Positions 29,378 through 41,240 of a DNA stretch of 64,000 bases are shown piece by piece. The DNA is from Epilithonimonas sp. Lineage in GTDB: Bacteria > Bacteroidota > Bacteroidia > Flavobacteriales > Weeksellaceae. A program made the translations under genes and the position numbers. Where the stretch lies: positions 55,217 through 119,216 of the forward strand of contig NZ_DAIQCG010000007.1 of NCBI RefSeq assembly GCF_036780765.1. Direction: 5' to 3'. The stretch's first letter is position 1. The number at the start of each line of letters is the position of its first letter. A model generated the notes under the pieces. The model was not told the origin of the DNA. It saw only the letters and a list, made by a program, of their open reading frames with translations, and did no database searches.

Positions 29378-30337
29378 TTGGATCCAAAAGAGATAATAGC
29401 AAACGCCCATCTGGCGCTGGATATAGAAATCAGTGAGTTGAACAATCTCAGAAATAGATTGGATGACAGTTTCATAATAAGTGTTTTGACTATTAATGAA
29501 GCGAAAGGAAAATTAATCATTGTTGGAATCGGAAAATCTGCGCACGTTGCTAACAAAATTGTAGCTACACTAAATTCAACAGGAACACCAGCGCAATTTC
29601 TTCACGCCGCAGAAGCTATCCACGGGGATCTTGGTGTGATTCAGAAACAGGATGTCGTGTTATGTATTTCTTATTCCGGAAATTCGCCCGAGATTGTGAA
29701 CCTTCTACCCTTCCTCAAAGAATATTCGTCAGCTTTGATTGGAATGACTGGAAATCCCGAAAGTAAATTGGGAAAAGCTTCTGACATTATTCTAAATACA
29801 CACGTAGAAAAAGAAGCCTGCCCTAACAAATTAGCTCCTACAAGCTCAACAACTGTTCAAATGGCTTTAGGCGATGCTTTAGCAGTTTGCCTGATGGAAC
29901 TGAATGGATTTAAAGATATTGATTTTGCTAAATTCCATCCAGGTGGAAGTCTAGGTAAAAATTTAACGGCAAAAGTAGAACAATTTGTTTCTCAGAATAA
30001 ACCAGAAGTTTCGCCAGAATCAGGAATTAGAGATGTAATTATTTCTGTCAGCGGTTCTAAACACGGTATTACGGTCGTTATGGAAAACGAAAATATATTG
30101 GGTGTGATTACTGATGGCGATATCCGAAGAATGCTCCTCAATCAAGATGATATCTCTAAAGTTAAAGCTTCTGACATCATTAGTAAAAACCCAAAATCCG
30201 TCGATAAAAATCAATTAGCAAAAGAAGCTATGCAGATTTTGAAACAATTCAATATTGGTCAATTAATAGTGACAAATAACGGAAAATACTACGGAATAAT
30301 AGACATTCATACATTATTAGATGAAGGCATTAATTAA
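29378..30337 (+). CDS. kpsF: KpsF/GutQ-type arabinose-5-phosphate isomerase (SIS + CBS pair)
   Basis: 319 aa. SIS motif GIGKSAHVANKIVATLNSTGTPA. The ORF starts with TTG at 29378 and no nearby ATG is available. Confidence 0.85.
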   Translation: MDPKEIIANAHLALDIEISELNNLRNRLDDSFIISVLTINEAKGKLIIVGIGKSAHVANKIVATLNSTGTPAQFLHAAEAIHGDLGVIQKQDVVLCISYSGNSPEIVNLLPFLKEYSSALIGMTGNPESKLGKASDIILNTHVEKEACPNKLAPTSSTTVQMALGDALAVCLMELNGFKDIDFAKFHPGGSLGKNLTAKVEQFVSQNKPEVSPESGIRDVIISVSGSKHGITVVMENENILGVITDGDIRRMLLNQDDISKVKASDIISKNPKSVDKNQLAKEAMQILKQFNIGQLIVTNNGKYYGIIDIHTLLDEGIN

Positions 30338-31178
30338 TCCTTCTTACTCGGAATAACTTCGTAATATCGCCCGCTGCTTTTGCAACAATTCCTGCTCCGG
30401 TTCCATAAGCCGGAGTTGTGCTTCCTGGCTTAGCAATCGAAATTCTAATCAAATCATTCTGATTAAAAGCCAAAATTGTTCTCGGAAGAATCAAGGTTTG
30501 AGTTTGATTTGAAGAACCATTGTCATAAGGCATTGCTGTTCCTAAAACCGGTGTCCAAGTTGTTCCATTATCTTTTGATTGAGCAATTGAAATCGTAACA
30601 TAAGAATAATTGGAGTTATCGGTTGTTACATTTCTTTTTGGACTAAATGTAAAGTTGGCTAATAACCTGTAATTACCAGCTTGTTTGATTATAAAAGTTT
30701 GATTATTGCTTTGAAGTTCAATATCAGTAGGATCATCAATCAAAATTTCACTTGCCGACCAAGTAACTGGAACATCAAAAGTTTCACTACTATTGACACT
30801 TACAAGCTGAGTTGCCGTTAATGGTTGATTGGTTACAGAACTCAAAACATATTGGTTAGAAGCTGACCCTACATTGATTTCTGCACTGTTAGTAAATTTT
30901 TGCCAAACAGAATTCTGTCTGAAATACAGCGAATTGGCAGAAACGACTGTTGTACCGGAACCAGCTGCTGCTAAGTTGAAAACCAAAAGTCCGTTTGCAG
31001 GATTAGCAATGGTCGTATTATCATTAGTACCAGTAAGATTAACTCTCGGAAGCAGTAAGCCTTTGTTTGTAGAAGTAATGTCTAAAATAGCTGAAGCGTG
31101 TGGTGTTGTGGTTCCAATCCCTACTTGCGAAAATCCAGATGTGAATAATAATGCTGCTAATAAATTATATAATCTCAT
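30330..31178 (-). CDS. Secreted protein, member 3 of a tandem paralog trio (unknown family)
   Basis: 282 aa with a signal peptide. Shares the VGIGTTTP..SA.LD...KG.L.PRV.L...P..GL.V.N block and a single Asp-box-like SKDNGTTW with the two upstream genes. Confidence 0.7.
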   Translation of the reverse strand: MRLYNLLAALLFTSGFSQVGIGTTTPHASAILDITSTNKGLLLPRVNLTGTNDNTTIANPANGLLVFNLAAAGSGTTVVSANSLYFRQNSVWQKFTNSAEINVGSASNQYVLSSVTNQPLTATQLVSVNSSETFDVPVTWSASEILIDDPTDIELQSNNQTFIIKQAGNYRLLANFTFSPKRNVTTDNSNYSYVTISIAQSKDNGTTWTPVLGTAMPYDNGSSNQTQTLILPRTILAFNQNDLIRISIAKPGSTTPAYGTGAGIVAKAAGDITKLFRVRRIN

Positions 31179-31208
31179 AATGAGTGCAATTAATTTTAAA
31201 TAAATCTC

Positions 31209-32120
31209 TTAATTAAGTTTTTGAAATCTTAATAATCTTGAATAAGCCAAGCCTGTTCCCGCCTCCAGATTCAAAGTACTGGTAGACGGGTTGGTTCCGT
31301 GATTAGAAGTTGATCCTTTTGAAATAACTGCTCGGATCAAGTCATTTTCGTTAAGTGCAATGACGAACGGCGCAACAATTACAGATCTATTTCTATCTCC
31401 AGTTCCCACACCCCAAGTTGTACTCGATTTTGCAATTTGAGTCCAAGTAGTTCCATTATTAGTAGATCTTTGAACGATAAAATCCAAAGCTGCAACGCAA
31501 GTAGCCTCAGTTGCATAAGTTGTACAATTTGTTTGAACCCAAGGATTGTAACCAACATAACCTGTAATTTCAAATGTTCCCGATGATAAAATCTTGAAAT
31601 TATTATTAGCCAGAGAAACTCGGTTTCCAACATCTACCTTCATAGCTCCATTAGCAGATGCATCGAAATTTACAACAATGCTATTTCCATTATTAAAATT
31701 AGTCTTATCCAAAGCCTGCATTCCCGTATTTGCAACAATAAAAATCTGTGCGTACAAGTTTTTTTTTATTTTTTCAGTAGTAGAAACATCAATCCAATTG
31801 GTTCCGTTCCAGAAATAAAATGTATTGGCTTCAATCGCTGAATCTGTTGCAGAGTTGGTTGTATTATAAACAATTAATCCAACCGCCGGACTTGCAATGG
31901 TAACTATATCAGTTTTGTTTTGCAGTGCAACGCGAGGAATCAAAACACCTTTTTTATTATTGCTTGCCAAAGAGCTGACATCCAAATCTAAAAGTGCAGA
32001 AGAATTCGGAGTTGCTGTTCCAATTCCAATGCCCTGTGCAGATAATTTCCATGACAATATTAAAGCCGAGAAAGCAAAAAATGTTGTTTTTGATATATTG
32101 AATAATCTACTGTAAATCAT
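31209..32120 (-). CDS. Secreted protein, member 2 of the tandem paralog trio
   Basis: 303 aa with a signal peptide. GIGIGTATPNSSALLDL...KKGVLIPRVAL...PAVGLIVYNT...FYFWNGTNW and STNNGTTW. Start overlaps the stop of the upstream paralog by 14 nt. Confidence 0.7.
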   Translation of the reverse strand: MIYSRLFNISKTTFFAFSALILSWKLSAQGIGIGTATPNSSALLDLDVSSLASNNKKGVLIPRVALQNKTDIVTIASPAVGLIVYNTTNSATDSAIEANTFYFWNGTNWIDVSTTEKIKKNLYAQIFIVANTGMQALDKTNFNNGNSIVVNFDASANGAMKVDVGNRVSLANNNFKILSSGTFEITGYVGYNPWVQTNCTTYATEATCVAALDFIVQRSTNNGTTWTQIAKSSTTWGVGTGDRNRSVIVAPFVIALNENDLIRAVISKGSTSNHGTNPSTSTLNLEAGTGLAYSRLLRFQKLN

Positions 32121-33009
32121 AATCTAAAAGTATCATTGTTAAGCTTTTGGAAATGGGTATTTTGGTTGAAGTTGTTATTGTGGGAACTGGACTTGTTGTA
32201 TTATTTTCTCCGTGCAAAGCTGATTCATCCGTAATTCCGAAAGGATTTTGAACAACTAATCTCAATCTTTGACCAGCTGTGAGATAAATTGGTGTGGAAA
32301 TCAAAATAGCTGTTTTCAAATAATTAGTCGCTTTTACGCCCCAAGCCGTTCTGTTTCCAATCACATCTACCCAAGTTGTGCCATTATCTGTAGATCTTTG
32401 AAGTTTTAAATTAAGGAAAGTTCCTCTTTGTGTTCCGGCAATGGTGGTACGATTGGGATTATAATTAACATAAGCAGAAACCTCATAAAGTCCTGTTACA
32501 TTGATTGTAAAAACATTAGCAGATTTGGTAACGATATTTCCTGTACTGATAGCAACATCTCCATCTGCAAAAGAAACCGGAATCCCACCATTGGCTGCGT
32601 TTGTATTATTAATGGTTGAATATGCCAAATCCTGCGTAGATCTTGAATTAAGACTATAAATCCTGTTTGACAAATAATTTTTTAAAACAGATGTCAAACC
32701 AAGATCTACCCATTGGCTACCATTCCAAAAATAATATCTGTTAGCTAACACATTGGAAGGGAAAGTTCCTGCATCTGCAGTATTATAAACTAGCAAACCA
32801 ACTGCAGGATTAGGAATAGTAGTCGTGTCAGTATTACTTGCCAGTGCAACTCTTGGTCCTAGAAATCCTTTCTTTCTTCCAGTTGCCAAATTATTCGTGT
32901 TAATTTCTAGAGCTGCAGAAGACGAAACCTGACTAGTCTGAATTCCTACCTGAGCAGACAAAAAACAAGAAAAGAAAATAAAACAAACTTTTATTAAATA
33001 TCTATTCAT
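32107..33009 (-). CDS. Secreted protein, member 1 of the tandem paralog trio
   Basis: Signal peptide MNRYLIKVCFIFFSCFLSAQ (start placed at this Met). VGIQT...SAALEI...KKGFLGPRVAL...PAVGLLVYNT...YYFWNGSQW and STDNGTTW. Confidence 0.7.
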   Translation of the reverse strand: MNRYLIKVCFIFFSCFLSAQVGIQTSQVSSSAALEINTNNLATGRKKGFLGPRVALASNTDTTTIPNPAVGLLVYNTADAGTFPSNVLANRYYFWNGSQWVDLGLTSVLKNYLSNRIYSLNSRSTQDLAYSTINNTNAANGGIPVSFADGDVAISTGNIVTKSANVFTINVTGLYEVSAYVNYNPNRTTIAGTQRGTFLNLKLQRSTDNGTTWVDVIGNRTAWGVKATNYLKTAILISTPIYLTAGQRLRLVVQNPFGITDESALHGENNTTSPVPTITTSTKIPISKSLTMILLDYDLQ

Positions 33010-33214
33010 AATGCTATTTGTTGCAAGAAACAAAATTTATTCCAAAAAAAGCCCGTAGAATAAGAAAAATTAAACCCGAGACCACATTTAATATTAAATT
33101 AATGATAGATAAAATTATCAAGCGATAATCAATTATTATTAAATTATTCTAAAATATACAGTAACCTAAAAATTCCGTAATTTCGTGCTCTGATTTTTTT
33201 TCTATAATCAAACT

Positions 33215-34021
33215 ATGAGCGAAGAAAAAGAGATGTCCTTCCTTGGACATATTGGAGAACTGAGATCCCATCTTGTAAGATCTATTTTAGCGATTGTCGT
33301 TTTAGCGATTGTTATTGGTTTTAATATCAATTGGGTAATGGATCATATCTTTTTTGGTCCTACAAGAAATGACTTTTTGACTTTCAGAATTGTGAATCAT
33401 TTTTCCAGAGAATTGACGGGAAATGACAGTTTTATTCTGCCAGCACAATTTAGTGTTCAACAGAAACAGTTGTTTCAGCAATTCAATGTGATGATGGCGG
33501 TTTCCATATTTTCAGGTGTTGTTTTAGCTTTTCCTTATATCGTTTGGGAAATCTGGAAATTCATCAGTCCTGCTCTAATGCCGAATGAGAAAAAGAATTC
33601 GATTTTTTACATCAATGCAATTTGGATGTTATTTATGACCGGCGTTTTAACTGGTTATTTCTTGATTTTACCTTTTGCCATCAACTTCGGTTTGTTGTTC
33701 AAAGTTTCAGATAATATCGTTCAGTTATTTGACTTGTCAGATTATACTACTCTGTTCTTACAAGTCACAATGGGAATGGGTGTGGTTTTTCTTTTCCCGA
33801 TTGCGGTTTACATCTTGACATCAATAGGCATTCTCACTCCAAAATTCCTTAGAACCTATAGAAGACACGCTATTGTTTTAATTATGGTCGTTGCAGCAAT
33901 TATCACTCCTGCTGATGTTTTGAGTATGATGGCAGCAGCACTACCACTGGTTTTACTTTATGAAATTAGTGTGATAATGTCCAATGTCATTTACAAAAAA
34001 ATGCAGAAAAAAAGCAGCTAA
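33215..34021 (+). CDS. tatC: Twin-arginine translocase subunit TatC
   Basis: 268 aa with six TM segments. MSFLGHIGELRSHL N-terminus is typical of TatC. Confidence 0.9.
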   Translation: MSEEKEMSFLGHIGELRSHLVRSILAIVVLAIVIGFNINWVMDHIFFGPTRNDFLTFRIVNHFSRELTGNDSFILPAQFSVQQKQLFQQFNVMMAVSIFSGVVLAFPYIVWEIWKFISPALMPNEKKNSIFYINAIWMLFMTGVLTGYFLILPFAINFGLLFKVSDNIVQLFDLSDYTTLFLQVTMGMGVVFLFPIAVYILTSIGILTPKFLRTYRRHAIVLIMVVAAIITPADVLSMMAAALPLVLLYEISVIMSNVIYKKMQKKSS

Positions 34022-34209
34022 AATATTATCACAATAATTAATTTGAGAGCATCGGTAAATAAACTGATGCTTTGTTAGTGCTTTAAGAATTGATTGTTTA
34101 TTCTGAGTGATGTTTCATTTAATTAAAGATAAAATGTAACATTTTTCAAGGGTGAAAATTTCAGAAAATGCAAGATGCTGGTAAACAGATTTTAGTATAT
34201 TGAAAGAAT

Positions 34210-34244
34210 AAAAAAACGGAAAATCTAAAATATCAGATTTTCCG
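34210..34244 (-). terminator. Intrinsic terminator after tpx
   Basis: Stem cggaaaatct/agattttccg followed on the minus strand by a T-run. Confidence 0.65.
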
Positions 34245-34269
34245 TAATAAGTAAGACTTAATAAAGTTT

Positions 34270-34767
34270 TTATTTTAGCGATTCAATTGCAGCTTCGTAG
34301 TTTGGCTCCTGTCCTATTTCCGGAACTTGCTCTGTGTAGATTACTGTTCCTTTTTCATCCAAAGCAACAACAGCTCTGCTCAATAATCCTCTCAAAGGAG
34401 AATCATCCAAAGTCACACCATAATCTTCTCCAAAATTCCCTCTGAAATCTGACAAAACTTCTACATTATCAAGACCTTCTGCTGCACAAAATCTGTTAAG
34501 CGCAAAAGGCAAATCTCTAGAAACGTTTATTACAACAGTGTTTTCCAAAGAACTAGCTTCTTTGTTGAATTCTCTTGCAGATGCAGCACAAACACCTGTG
34601 TCGATACTTGGGAAGATGTTCAACAATACTTTTTTACCTGTGTAATCTGCCAAATGTTTCTCAGATAAATCTGCTGCAACTAAAGTAAACTCTTGAGCAA
34701 CAGTTCCAACTTTTGGCAAACTTCCTACGGTATTAATCGGACTTCCTTTGAATGTAATTTGTGACAT
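34270..34767 (-). CDS. tpx: Thiol peroxidase
   Basis: PSIDTGVCAASAREFN peroxidatic Cys block. Start placed at MSQITFKGSPINT (34767) rather than the track start at 34857. Confidence 0.9.
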   Translation of the reverse strand: MSQITFKGSPINTVGSLPKVGTVAQEFTLVAADLSEKHLADYTGKKVLLNIFPSIDTGVCAASAREFNKEASSLENTVVINVSRDLPFALNRFCAAEGLDNVEVLSDFRGNFGEDYGVTLDDSPLRGLLSRAVVALDEKGTVIYTEQVPEIGQEPNYEAAIESLK

Positions 34768-34916
34768 TGTTTTTATATTTTCCTCAAAGTTAATATTAGA
34801 TTTTTCCCGACCAAAAATTATTTCTGATTTTAATAAATCTTTAACTTGATATGTCATAAATCACTATTTAAATCTAACAAAAATCACTAAATTTGTATGT
34901 TTTGAAAAAACAGTAA

Positions 34917-37154
<2,238 letters not shown>

Positions 37155-37179
37155 TCCGATTCTTGTTAAAATTAATATA

Positions 37180-37212
37180 AAACCCTCGACAAATGTTGAG
37201 GGTTTTCTTTTG
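37180..37212 (+). terminator. Intrinsic terminator after icd
   Basis: Stem aaccctc/gagggtt followed by a T-rich run. Confidence 0.65.
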
Positions 37213-37263
37213 TTTAATTAATTTGCAGAGAGAAATTAAAATTAATATTTAGAAGCTTTTAGT

Positions 37264-39657
37264 ATGAGAAAATCATTTATATTTTTTCTTTATGTTGTTG
37301 GGATGATGCAGTTTAAAGCGCAGGACAAAATAGACAAAGCCGTCCAGAATCTGGAACAAAATTATATACAAGAAAAAGTCTACGTTTTATTAGACAAAGA
37401 CAATTATATTGTTGGCGATAATATCTATTTCAAGTCGTTTGTATTCAATGGTTATAGTCGTTCAACCATTTCTACTACTCTATTTGTGGAGCTGTATGAC
37501 CACAGCAAAAATTTGGTTGATAAGAGAACAATTGCTCTGAAAAATGGTGAGGGAGATGGTTCTTTCACTTTGACCGAGGCTTTGAAAGAAGATGTGTACT
37601 ACTTGCGAGCTTACACAACGTGGATGGCAAATTTTCCGGAGGAATTCAATTTTATGAAGCAAGTTCCGATTTATAACCCAAACTCTGAACAGAAATTAAC
37701 CTTAACCAAAAACACAAAATGGACTGCGAATGCTTTTCCAGAAAGTGGAACTTTTATCGAGAATATTCTGACCAAGTTTGCGGTAAGAGTTTATTCCGAA
37801 GGTATTCCACCTGAAAGTTGGAGCGGTTATGTTGTAGATTCTGAGAAACCAAATGAAAAATTAACAACTTTCAAAGCTTTGGATAAAAATGTTGGAATCT
37901 TTACGATGACGCCAAAATTTGGTAAGACTTATAAAGTTATTGTTGAAGATAATAAAGGTGCAAAACAAACGATTGCTTTGCCAACAGTTGCTAATTCTGG
38001 AATCAATCTTCACTTAGTCAATGACCCAAAAGGAATCAGTTATCAAATCAAAGGATCTGCGTTGCCACAAGGTTTGCAAGGTTATTCGATTGTTGGAACC
38101 ATCAATAATCAAATGGTTTACAGAGCGAACATAAAAACGACAAATAATGAAGCGTCAAGCATTATCCCAACAAAGGTCAGCAATGATGAAACTGCGGTTT
38201 TGAATATTACAATTTTTGATGAGAAACAAAATCCGGTAGCGCAAAGATTATTTTTCATCAATCCCAAAAAACTGAATCTGGACGAACCAACTTTGAATTT
38301 TTCACTGAATAATGAACCTCGAGCTTTCAACAGTTTTGATATCGAACCGAATGATGACTTTAAAAATTATACGGTATTAGTAAGAGAAAATCAGCCTTCT
38401 GAAAATAAAAATGAAAACACTTTATTGAGTGCGAAATGGTTAACCGGAGATTTTACTTCTTCTATTTTCAATCCGTCACAATATTTTGAAAAAACGGCAA
38501 ATCCTGAAGCTTTTGATGCGCTGTTAATTTCTGAAAAGTGGAAACGTTTTGATTGGGAATCTCTCCTATCAGGAAAAATTCCTGACTTTGTTTATAAGCC
38601 TCAAAAAAATCTTTCTTTTAAAGGAAAAGTGACTAATAATGGGCGTTTCTTGCCTAATAAAAATATCAATCTGTTATTGAAAACAGAAAATTCTGACAAA
38701 AGTTTTGTTCCTGTTACAACAGATGATAATGGATTTATCTATTTGGATAATATTTATTTTGATGAACCTTTGTCGATTTCTTATTACCTTAACAAAGATA
38801 AAAAACAGGTTTCAGAAAGTGACAATTTGAATATAAGCTTCCAATCTTTGGTTTCGAATATTCCATACAGAGGTAATCTACCGTCAACAAATTATCAGTT
38901 GGTAAATTCTGGTCAAACTTCAAATCCTGCTATTGCGAAAGCTCTTCAAAACAAAAAAAATCAGCAGACTTTGAAGACTGCTAATGAAGAAACTCTAATC
39001 GAAGAAGTTCAAGTTGTTGCTAAAAAAGTAGATAAAAAAGCAGAATTGGACAAGGAATTATCCAGTGGAAAATTCAGTAGTATGGATGCTACAATTTTTG
39101 ATTTTGTGAATGATAACAAAGATGCTCAGTCTTCGTACAATATTTTGCAATGGCTACAAGGCAGAGTTGCTGGTGTCACTTTTACAATGGATAGCTCTGG
39201 AAACTATATTCCGTCTATCCGTGGCTCTCAAGCTAATTTATTTTTAGATGAAATGCCTACAGATGCAAGTATGATTAGTTCTTTGTCTGTAAGCAATATC
39301 GCAATGGTAAAAGTAATTAAAAACGGAGGCTTGGTTTCAAATGCTATTGCAATCTATACCAAAAGAGGAAATATGTTGACCGAGGAAGATAAATCCACTG
39401 AAAAAGTCAATAAAACAATATTACGAGGCTACGATAAATCAGTCGAATTTGAATTGCCAGATATCACCAGCGATGCATACAAGAAAATAAAAACCGATAC
39501 GCGAGAAACATTGTATTGGAATCCTTCACTTTCTGAGGAAGGAGGTCTGGCTCCAAGAGCAAAATTCTTCAATAATGATGATGCAAAAAACAGAGAAATC
39601 ATCATTATCAGTTTTGATAAAGACGATAAGATGCTCTATTATAATGAAGTAAAATAA
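37264..39657 (+). CDS. Secreted protein with a C-terminal TonB-receptor Plug-like domain and no barrel
   Basis: 797 aa with a signal peptide. The C-terminal ILQWLQGRVAGVTF...SIRGSQANLFLDEMPTD...IAMVKVIK resembles a Plug domain. The N-terminal region is a large beta-rich module of uncertain family. Confidence 0.5.
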   Translation: MRKSFIFFLYVVGMMQFKAQDKIDKAVQNLEQNYIQEKVYVLLDKDNYIVGDNIYFKSFVFNGYSRSTISTTLFVELYDHSKNLVDKRTIALKNGEGDGSFTLTEALKEDVYYLRAYTTWMANFPEEFNFMKQVPIYNPNSEQKLTLTKNTKWTANAFPESGTFIENILTKFAVRVYSEGIPPESWSGYVVDSEKPNEKLTTFKALDKNVGIFTMTPKFGKTYKVIVEDNKGAKQTIALPTVANSGINLHLVNDPKGISYQIKGSALPQGLQGYSIVGTINNQMVYRANIKTTNNEASSIIPTKVSNDETAVLNITIFDEKQNPVAQRLFFINPKKLNLDEPTLNFSLNNEPRAFNSFDIEPNDDFKNYTVLVRENQPSENKNENTLLSAKWLTGDFTSSIFNPSQYFEKTANPEAFDALLISEKWKRFDWESLLSGKIPDFVYKPQKNLSFKGKVTNNGRFLPNKNINLLLKTENSDKSFVPVTTDDNGFIYLDNIYFDEPLSISYYLNKDKKQVSESDNLNISFQSLVSNIPYRGNLPSTNYQLVNSGQTSNPAIAKALQNKKNQQTLKTANEETLIEEVQVVAKKVDKKAELDKELSSGKFSSMDATIFDFVNDNKDAQSSYNILQWLQGRVAGVTFTMDSSGNYIPSIRGSQANLFLDEMPTDASMISSLSVSNIAMVKVIKNGGLVSNAIAIYTKRGNMLTEEDKSTEKVNKTILRGYDKSVEFELPDITSDAYKKIKTDTRETLYWNPSLSEEGGLAPRAKFFNNDDAKNREIIIISFDKDDKMLYYNEVK

Positions 39658-39666
39658 CTACAGAAA

Positions 39667-39696
39667 AGACTTTCCGAATTGGGAAGTCTTTTTTTG
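39667..39696 (+). terminator. Intrinsic terminator
   Basis: Stem agactttcc/gggaagtct (one G-U pair) followed by a T-run. Confidence 0.65.
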
Positions 39697-39742
39697 TTAA
39701 ATTCCAAATTTTAGACTTATCTTATTAATCATAGTCAATCCT

Positions 39743-39873
39743 ATGCGAAAAATATTCATTATTCTATCATTCATTTTTGGATAATTTCAGTTTGTTACTC
39801 ACAACAAATTAGATATTGCTATCCATAATCTGGAAAAAAATTATTCGCAAAAAGTTTACCTTCTTTTTCTAGA
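39743..39873 (+). pseudogene. 5' fragment of a paralog of the upstream Plug-domain gene
   Basis: Reads MRKIFIILSFIFG*FQFVTHNKLDIAIHNLEKNYSQKVYLLFLD. Compare MRKSFIFFLYVVGMMQFKAQDKIDKAVQNLEQNYIQEKVYVLLD at 37264. There is an in-frame TAA at 39782-39784, and similarity ends near 39873. Confidence 0.6.
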
Positions 39874-39992
39874 CTTTCATTTTCGAGAGGTTCAATCCAA
39901 TCAATAAATTCAACATCCAAAGTTCCAAAATCAATATTATCAAAAACTCTTTTATCAACGCCCAAGCCACTGAAAACATATATTTTATTCAT
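39861..39992 (-). pseudogene. 5' fragment of an alpha/beta-hydrolase-like gene
   Basis: Minus-strand ATG at 39990-39992 gives MNKIYVFSGLGVDKRVFDNIDFGTLDVEFIDWIEPLENESLEKE. This resembles the N-terminus of a common flavobacterial alpha/beta hydrolase. The ORF then runs into the opposing fragment and stops after 57 aa. Confidence 0.5.
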
Positions 39993-40002
39993 ACATAAAT
40001 AT

Positions 40003-40028
40003 AAAAAAAGACTGAAAAATTTCAGTCT
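40003..40028 (-). terminator. Intrinsic terminator after the pseudouridine synthase gene
   Basis: Stem agactgaaa/tttcagtct followed on the minus strand by a T-run. Confidence 0.6.
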
Positions 40029-40034
40029 TTTAAT

Positions 40035-41054
40035 TTATAACATTTTCAAGTTGTTCACTTCTTGCTCCGTTAGGATTCTCCAGTGACCTCGTTTGATGTT
40101 TTTCTTAGTCAAACCAGCAAACATTACCCTATCAAGAGCTTCCACTTCGTAGCCCAATTTTTGGAAAATTCTACGAACTACTCTATTCCATCCGATATGA
40201 AGTTCGATTCCAATTTCATTTTTTGGTTTTCCTTCGATAAAAGAAATACTGTCGATTTCCGCAACACCTTCTTCCAAACGAATTCCTTCCCCAATCAATT
40301 TCATATCATCATTGGTCAATTTTCTGTCCAGCGTCACGTGATAGATTTTTCTCATATTGAATGATGGGTGTGTCAACTTTTTCGTCATATGACCATCATT
40401 GGTCAAAAGTATAACACCAGTCGTCTGTCTGTCCAGTCTTCCAACAGGGAAAATTCTGTAAGGCGAAGCATTCGCTGTCAAATCCATAACAGTTTTTCTC
40501 GCTTTATCATCTTTGGTTGTAGAGATGTAACCTTTTGGTTTGTTCAAAAGAACATAAACTGGCTTTTCCGGCGTGATATTTTGTCCATCAAAAACCACTC
40601 TATCGGTTTTCTGAACTTGGTAACCCATTTCAGTTACCACTTTTCCATTCACTTCCACAAGACCTTGCGTAATCAATTCATCAGCTTCTCTTCTGCTGCA
40701 AATCCCCGAATTAGCAATATATTTATTAAGTCGGATAGTATCTTTGAAAACTTCCTTACTTATTTTATCGAATCTTCTTTTTTGGATAAACGATTTTGTT
40801 TTGTCCTCATCTCTTTCAGCTCTGTTGAAAGGTTTTTTGGGTCCAAATTTTCTATCGCCATTTTCGTATTTGTCTCTACTATCGAAACGGTCTCCGCCTC
40901 TAGTAGTTTTAGGTCCGCGAGAATTTCCAAAAGATTTTCCACTTCCAGAATTTCCTCTGCTATCGCTGGAGCTACGGGTGTTTCCTGAAGGTCTGCTACC
41001 TCCAGAAGTTCTTGGTTTTCTATTTCTACCTGATTGATTTCCGTCTCCGCTCAT
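40035..41054 (-). CDS. rRNA pseudouridine synthase (RsuA/RluB family) with an N-terminal Arg/Gly/Ser-rich extension
   Basis: 339 aa. S4 domain (RLNKYIANSGICSRREADELI) and catalytic GRLDRQTTGVILLTNDG. The first ~100 aa are low-complexity basic sequence. Confidence 0.85.
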   Translation of the reverse strand: MSGDGNQSGRNRKPRTSGGSRPSGNTRSSSDSRGNSGSGKSFGNSRGPKTTRGGDRFDSRDKYENGDRKFGPKKPFNRAERDEDKTKSFIQKRRFDKISKEVFKDTIRLNKYIANSGICSRREADELITQGLVEVNGKVVTEMGYQVQKTDRVVFDGQNITPEKPVYVLLNKPKGYISTTKDDKARKTVMDLTANASPYRIFPVGRLDRQTTGVILLTNDGHMTKKLTHPSFNMRKIYHVTLDRKLTNDDMKLIGEGIRLEEGVAEIDSISFIEGKPKNEIGIELHIGWNRVVRRIFQKLGYEVEALDRVMFAGLTKKNIKRGHWRILTEQEVNNLKML

Positions 41055-41240
41055 TTTCTAAAATTTTTGCAAAGATAGTGAATTAGTTAAGAAATCGCTA
41101 TTATTTGGAAACCCAAAGGTCAATGAAAAATTCAGCGATTGCATATGACAAAAAAAAACAATAAATATCTAAATATGAATTCCGAATTATAAACTCACTT
41201 TTAGTAAAATTGAGAAGAATGAAATTTTAAATCTTGAAAA

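Noticed and set aside
40368-40988. 206-aa and 97-aa plus-strand ORFs opposite the pseudouridine synthase gene.
   Set aside because: They are shadow ORFs of a well-supported gene. Part of the openness comes from the low-complexity Arg/Gly/Ser-coding region on the other strand.
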